From: Bdellovibrionales bacterium
Lineage (GTDB): Bacteria > Bdellovibrionota > Bdellovibrionia > Bdellovibrionales > UBA840
Length of the DNA stretch: 11,909 nt
Direction of reading: 5' to 3'
Assembly: GCA_037969075.1 (NCBI GenBank)
Contig: JBBKWS010000149.1
Coordinates: 1-11,909, forward strand
Shown: positions 7,736-11,909 of the stretch, piece after piece
Position numbering within the stretch: position 1 is the stretch's first letter
Layout: every line of letters begins with the position of its first letter
The notes under the pieces: generated by a model
What the model was told of the DNA's origin: nothing
The model's database searches: none
Seen by the model: the letters and a program-made list of their open reading frames with translations, nothing else
Made by a program: the position numbers and the translations under genes

Positions 7736-7927
7736 CAAAACGCTTAAGCTATCAAAATGAAAGAAGTTTTTAAGTTTTCAGCAGAGGCATATTGTCTCTG
7801 AATAAATTTCGTTTTAGGGGTTCTGGTCCCGATTCGCCCCCAGTTATGCCGGTAGTTTGGGCGTTTTAAGTTTGGATTTCGACTTGTGCACTAAATGAAT
7901 ACTTCTGAGATTAACGCGTAGCAAATA

Positions 7928-10357
7928 CTACCACTCTTCTCTTGTAGGCGCGCGCCCCTCAAACTTGTAAGCAACAGGTTCGCTGAGCCATGCCATTTTT
8001 GGCTCATTAGAATCGTAAAGCTTAGAATATATATAATAGTTTTGCGTTACTTTTTTTACGTAATTTCTGGTTTCAACAAATGGAATATGCTCAATAAATT
8101 CATCCATATCCAAACCGCCAAAAGATTTTACCCAAGACTTCACTCTATGAGGACCAGCATTATAGCCAGCTGCCGCAAGAGGTAACTGATTAGAGAACAT
8201 GTGGTAGAGTCTTGCTAAGTAAGAAGTTCCATAACCTAAATTTACGGCTGGAGACAATAAGTCTTCTATGACGTGAGGTTTGTTTTGCGATCTGGCAACC
8301 TTCTCTGCCGTATACGGCATTAATTGCATCAACCCAAGTGCGCCGACTGGTGACTTAGCATCTTCTTTAAAATTACTCTCTGCTCTAACAATAGACCATA
8401 CAAAATGTGGATCAATATTATTCTCTTTTGAAGCTTGTACCACCGTGGTTTTATACGCCTCGGGAAATGCGCCCTGCCATAAATCTTTTGCCGTTACCAT
8501 CCCATACTTATATCTATCTTTAGCAAATAGATTTGAGGCAATATGAGAGATGCGATTATAAGCCTCGATTTTTTTATACGTTCCCATTAAGGTTCGTAAC
8601 TCTAAAGGGTTCTTAGTTGAGCGCTCGGTGTAATAAAGCTCCCACTTAGCAAGGTCATTATACCCTAATCTAATTAAATCATTGGCTCTTGAAAAATAAC
8701 GATTCGCTGTTGAGTTTGAAAACTCAGTAATCACCTTCGCTTTTTGGTCACTACTCTTAATAGAATTAATCCCAGTTGCAATGATACCTTCCATCGCCTT
8801 CTCATCTTTAGCGCTTATCGCAGTCTCTTCTTCTTCATCAATTTGCTCTGCATCAGCCACCTCATCAATTTGCTCGACACTCTCTTCAGATTCTTCGGCT
8901 TCTGTTTCAGTTGTAGCTGCAATTGCATCATCTGTTTTATCAGCCACCGTTTCTTCTACGGCGGTTTCTGAACTAGCCATTTGCCTCATATCAGTTTTTA
9001 CATTTAATTTTCTTAACCTCTCAATTGCTGCTATTGAGTAGAAACTTGGCGACTTTGGGTTAATCAATGTCTGAAATAATTTTTGAGCGTTCTTATTATC
9101 ATCAAGATGATAATAAGTCATCGCTTTCCAATAGATAACTCTATCTTGTTTATTCATATTACGAAAACGCTTTAATCCATCAAATGCTACGAGCGCACCT
9201 TTGTAATCTTTCTTTAAATAACGAATCCACGCCTGATGCCAATATGCATCTCTAGTAAGACCTGATCTAGAATACTTCTCAATAAACTCTTCGAACTTTC
9301 TTCCGGCTCCATCATAATCTTGAAACTGATAACTTAAAAACGCAGCTTGGTATAAAGCAAATCTACCAGACTTTGAATTCTTTCGTAATTTATGCGCTTT
9401 ATAGTAAGCCCCAACTGCCGTTTGAAACTCTCCAGATCTTACTGCTGCTTTTGCAAGTAACAATAGGTAGTCGTAATTATTTTGATAACCTGTATAGTAA
9501 GGGGCCAAAATTTGAAATGCTTCAACCGTATAGCCTTCTAGAATATAAAAATGAGATAACAGTAAGTCTGTTTGGTACTTTGATACTTTTGCATATTTTT
9601 CTATATATTGATCTAATTCAATTTTTGCCTTATCTGATAAACCACTAAGAACCAAGTTTAAGATTCTTCTTTTTTGGTCTGCCTGACTAACCGGGCACGG
9701 TAATTTAACCTTTCCGAACAATAGAGAGTTTGGATCTAGTGTCCAGTGCTGAACCTCTGCATACTGAGGTTTTCTAGAGTATAACTTACGAACCCAAACG
9801 CATGCTTTTGATGCTGGCCCGCTTTCTACATTGGCTTTAATTAAATTCCATAAAACTTCTGGGTAAGAAAAATCACTTCTAGTTCTACGCTCTAGGTATG
9901 TTAATGCAATTTTTGCATCTCTATATTTTTTTTCTTCAATTAGAATTTTTGACAGCTCTAGTTGCGCATCTTCTTTTAAATACGATTTAGGTTTTCTTTG
10001 AATAATTTTAATAAACTCTAATTTTGCGCCTTCTTTTTTACCACTTCTGGCAAAAGACTTACCTAGGTAAAAAAGTGCAGGCTCAGTTGCAGCAAAGCCT
10101 AAGCGTATAGCTTCACTTAAATTAGTTTGGGCTAAATCATCCTTACCAATTTCATAAAACTTCACTCCAAGTCCAAAATGTAGAATACCTTTTTCAGATG
10201 GTACTAAATTTTCAATTTTCTTCTCATATGGAGTAAAGACTTCAACCTTGTCCGATTTTAAACGAACTTGACGGAAGTCTTCAATTACATCAGCTTGCGC
10301 AGACGCAGCAATTAATATCGGAAAAAACAGTATTAGGGATTTTATTTGTATGGCCAT
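7928..10357 (-). CDS. slt: Large exported lytic transglycosylase with TPR-like superhelical N-terminus (Slt70-like)
   Basis: Signal peptide ending AQA; repeated TPR-like helices (ALFYLGKSF, ALYQAAFLSY, AYWHQAW, VIYWKAM); C-terminal SLT domain IVRAESNF (Glu660), GALGLMQLMP, AGYNAGP, IPFVETRNYVKKV. Confidence 0.92.
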   Translation of the reverse strand: MAIQIKSLILFFPILIAASAQADVIEDFRQVRLKSDKVEVFTPYEKKIENLVPSEKGILHFGLGVKFYEIGKDDLAQTNLSEAIRLGFAATEPALFYLGKSFARSGKKEGAKLEFIKIIQRKPKSYLKEDAQLELSKILIEEKKYRDAKIALTYLERRTRSDFSYPEVLWNLIKANVESGPASKACVWVRKLYSRKPQYAEVQHWTLDPNSLLFGKVKLPCPVSQADQKRRILNLVLSGLSDKAKIELDQYIEKYAKVSKYQTDLLLSHFYILEGYTVEAFQILAPYYTGYQNNYDYLLLLAKAAVRSGEFQTAVGAYYKAHKLRKNSKSGRFALYQAAFLSYQFQDYDGAGRKFEEFIEKYSRSGLTRDAYWHQAWIRYLKKDYKGALVAFDGLKRFRNMNKQDRVIYWKAMTYYHLDDNKNAQKLFQTLINPKSPSFYSIAAIERLRKLNVKTDMRQMASSETAVEETVADKTDDAIAATTETEAEESEESVEQIDEVADAEQIDEEEETAISAKDEKAMEGIIATGINSIKSSDQKAKVITEFSNSTANRYFSRANDLIRLGYNDLAKWELYYTERSTKNPLELRTLMGTYKKIEAYNRISHIASNLFAKDRYKYGMVTAKDLWQGAFPEAYKTTVVQASKENNIDPHFVWSIVRAESNFKEDAKSPVGALGLMQLMPYTAEKVARSQNKPHVIEDLLSPAVNLGYGTSYLARLYHMFSNQLPLAAAGYNAGPHRVKSWVKSFGGLDMDEFIEHIPFVETRNYVKKVTQNYYIYSKLYDSNEPKMAWLSEPVAYKFEGRAPTREEW

Positions 10358-10380
10358 CTATTTAATGATAGCAAACATTC
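10346..10380. promoter_or_regulatory. Candidate overlapping divergent promoters for slt and radA
   Basis: Minus: TG-C-TATCAT (10373-10365), 7 nt before the slt ATG. Plus: TTGTAT (10346-10351), 17 nt, TAGCAA (10369-10374) preceded by TG-A, 6 nt before the radA ATG. Confidence 0.45.
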
Positions 10381-11808
10381 ATGGCAAAAATGAAGGTCAA
10401 AACGATATATTCCTGTCAAAATTGTGGGGCCCAGTATCCAAAGTGGATGGGAAAGTGCTCTGAATGTAATCAATGGAACACTGTAGTCGAAGAAACGACT
10501 AAGAGCCAAGCTCCAGACCAAAGAGGCTGGTCTATTGGCCTAGATAAAGGGCGCCAGAAATCTGTACCCTTGAATCGCCAAATCCAGGCCGAAGTACTAG
10601 ACAGATTTCCAACCAGCTACAACGAGCTAGACCGAGTGCTAGGTGGCGGCGTTGTCCCAGGTAGCTTTATACTATTAGGCGGAGACCCGGGAATTGGCAA
10701 ATCCACCCTTTTAATGCAAGTGGCAGGCGGGTTAACTAAGGTCAAACGAAAAACTTTATACGTGTCTTCTGAAGAAAGTGTTTCTCAAACTGCCATGCGT
10801 GCACAACGACTTGGAGTAAACTCAGAATTAGTAGAGGTTGCTTCAGAAAATAATTTACAAACCATTATTGATTTAACAAATGACTTAAAGCCCGATGTAT
10901 TAGTAGTCGATTCAATACAAACCGTTTATATGCCAGAAATTAGTTCGGCCCCAGGTTCAGTATCACAAGTTAGAGAGTGTGCCGGAAGCCTAATGATGCT
11001 AGCCAAAGCAAAAAATATTTGCGTTGTTTTAATTGGTCACGTTACAAAAGACGGCAGCATTGCCGGACCAAAAGTTTTAGAACATATGGTTGATACAGTT
11101 TTATCATTTGAAGGTGATACGAACTATCAGTTTAGATTGGTTAGATCATTAAAAAATCGTTTTGGACCAGCTAATCAGCTGGGTGTATTTCAAATGTTTG
11201 GCTCTGGTCTTGCTGAGGTTGATAATCCATCAGAAATGTTTTTAGAAAATCGTGATGGGGATGCTATAGGCGCTACTGTTTTTGCTTGCATGGAAGGACA
11301 ACGGCCCTTTTTGTGTGAAATCCAATCTTTAGTTACCTTTACGCCGTTAAATATTCCAAGGCGCACCACGATTGGTTTACCAAATAATCGCATTCATTTA
11401 TTAACAGCTGTGATTGAAAAGTATATGAATATTAATTTAAGTAACCAAGATGTTTATGTAAATATTGTTGGTGGTCTGCGAATAGAAGAGCCCGCATCAG
11501 ACTTAGCTATCCTTGCAGCCATGGTATCTTCTGAGGGCAATCAAAACTTACCGACAAAATCATGCTTTTTTGGAGAAATCGGCCTTACAGGTGAGATCAG
11601 AGCGGTACCTTTTGCTGATGTTAGGTTACAAGAAGCTGTGAAATTAGGTTACAAAAACTTTTTTATCCCAAAATCAAACCAAAAACATGTAACAGAAATT
11701 GCTAAGGATAAAAGTGTTACAATTACTTATCTAGGCCACGTTAGAGAAGTAAAACAGTTAGTAGGAAAAAACTCTTATAAACCTAAAGCAAAAACATTAG
11801 ATTTATGA
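10381..11808 (+). CDS. radA: DNA repair protein RadA/Sms
   Basis: C4 zinc finger CQNC...CSEC, Walker A GGDPGIGKST, VVDSIQT, GHVTKDG, KNRFG motif, Lon-like C-terminus GEIGLTGEIR. Confidence 0.99.
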   Translation: MAKMKVKTIYSCQNCGAQYPKWMGKCSECNQWNTVVEETTKSQAPDQRGWSIGLDKGRQKSVPLNRQIQAEVLDRFPTSYNELDRVLGGGVVPGSFILLGGDPGIGKSTLLMQVAGGLTKVKRKTLYVSSEESVSQTAMRAQRLGVNSELVEVASENNLQTIIDLTNDLKPDVLVVDSIQTVYMPEISSAPGSVSQVRECAGSLMMLAKAKNICVVLIGHVTKDGSIAGPKVLEHMVDTVLSFEGDTNYQFRLVRSLKNRFGPANQLGVFQMFGSGLAEVDNPSEMFLENRDGDAIGATVFACMEGQRPFLCEIQSLVTFTPLNIPRRTTIGLPNNRIHLLTAVIEKYMNINLSNQDVYVNIVGGLRIEEPASDLAILAAMVSSEGNQNLPTKSCFFGEIGLTGEIRAVPFADVRLQEAVKLGYKNFFIPKSNQKHVTEIAKDKSVTITYLGHVREVKQLVGKNSYKPKAKTLDL

Positions 11809-11909
11809 AGACTGCCATACTCATCACAAATCTAGGAACACCTAAAACATCAAGTCTTGCGGATGTAAAAACGTATCTATCTGAATTTTTAATGGATCCA
11901 GATGTTATA
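11805..11909 (+). CDS. hemH: Ferrochelatase, N-terminal part (runs off window)
   Basis: ATG at 11805 overlaps the radA stop (ATGA). Reads MKTAILITNLGTPKTSSLADVKTYLSEFLMDPDVI, matching the ferrochelatase NLGTP...V..YL.EFL.D..VI signature. Confidence 0.93.
   Translation, partial: MKTAILITNLGTPKTSSLADVKTYLSEFLMDPDVI

Noticed and set aside
7742..7749. Palindrome GCTTAAGC just upstream of the oppA -35
   Set aside because: An 8-bp palindrome is too short to distinguish from chance.
7717..7801. Tiny plus-strand ORFs (18 and 14 codons) in the spacer
   Set aside because: No well-spaced SD and lengths expected by chance.
7815..7885. Resemblance to a tmRNA 5' end or tRNA arm (minus-strand GGGGGCGAATCGG; plus-strand GGATTTCGAC)
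   Set aside because: The two pieces are on opposite strands; there is no cloverleaf, no matching acceptor/CCA end or tag frame, and the spacer is too short for tmRNA.
7740..7920. 6S RNA or a known riboswitch (c-di-GMP-I, glycine, SAM, TPP) upstream of oppA
   Set aside because: Only patchy end complementarity (ACGCTTAA / TTAACGCGT) and none of the conserved aptamer cores; the candidate oppA promoter lies downstream of this region.
8280..9648. Four short plus-strand ORFs (8280-8546, 8744-8971, 8781-9041, 9373-9648)
   Set aside because: Antisense shadows of slt; the Ser-rich and Phe/Cys-rich ones simply mirror the acidic linker codons.
11190..11393. 67-aa minus-strand ORF
   Set aside because: Antisense to the conserved radA.
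1..11909. CRISPR array, IS/transposase, prophage or defence system
   Set aside because: No regularly spaced repeats, terminal inverted repeats, or integrase, transposase, nuclease or phage-like ORFs; almost all sequence is explained by housekeeping genes.

Overview
AT-rich bacterial chromosomal segment, mostly housekeeping. The gene set and the long TPR-type Slt suggest a Bdellovibrionota/deltaproteobacteria-like diderm, but that is inference only. Plus strand: 3' end of prs, rplY (long Ctc-type bL25), an intrinsic terminator, pth, ychF, a class I SAM-methyltransferase-fold gene with a degenerate SAM-binding loop, and a small membrane-anchored lytic transglycosylase-like gene. Minus strand, convergent with these: a large TPR + Slt lytic transglycosylase, a 244-nt structured intergenic region, then oppA-oppB-oppC with no ATPase genes. 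radA diverges from slt across only 23 nt, and the start of ferrochelatase (hemH) follows it. I see no mobile element, CRISPR array, tRNA or rRNA, and no clearly novel system is proven. The best leads are (1) an ATPase-less peptide ABC importer flanked by two lytic transglycosylases, possibly a peptidoglycan breakdown/uptake module; (2) an apparently leaderless bidirectional promoter between slt and radA; (3) a probable pseudo-methyltransferase; (4) a terminator hairpin lying between the pth Shine-Dalgarno and its start codon; and (5) a candidate plus-strand structured RNA between slt and oppA.
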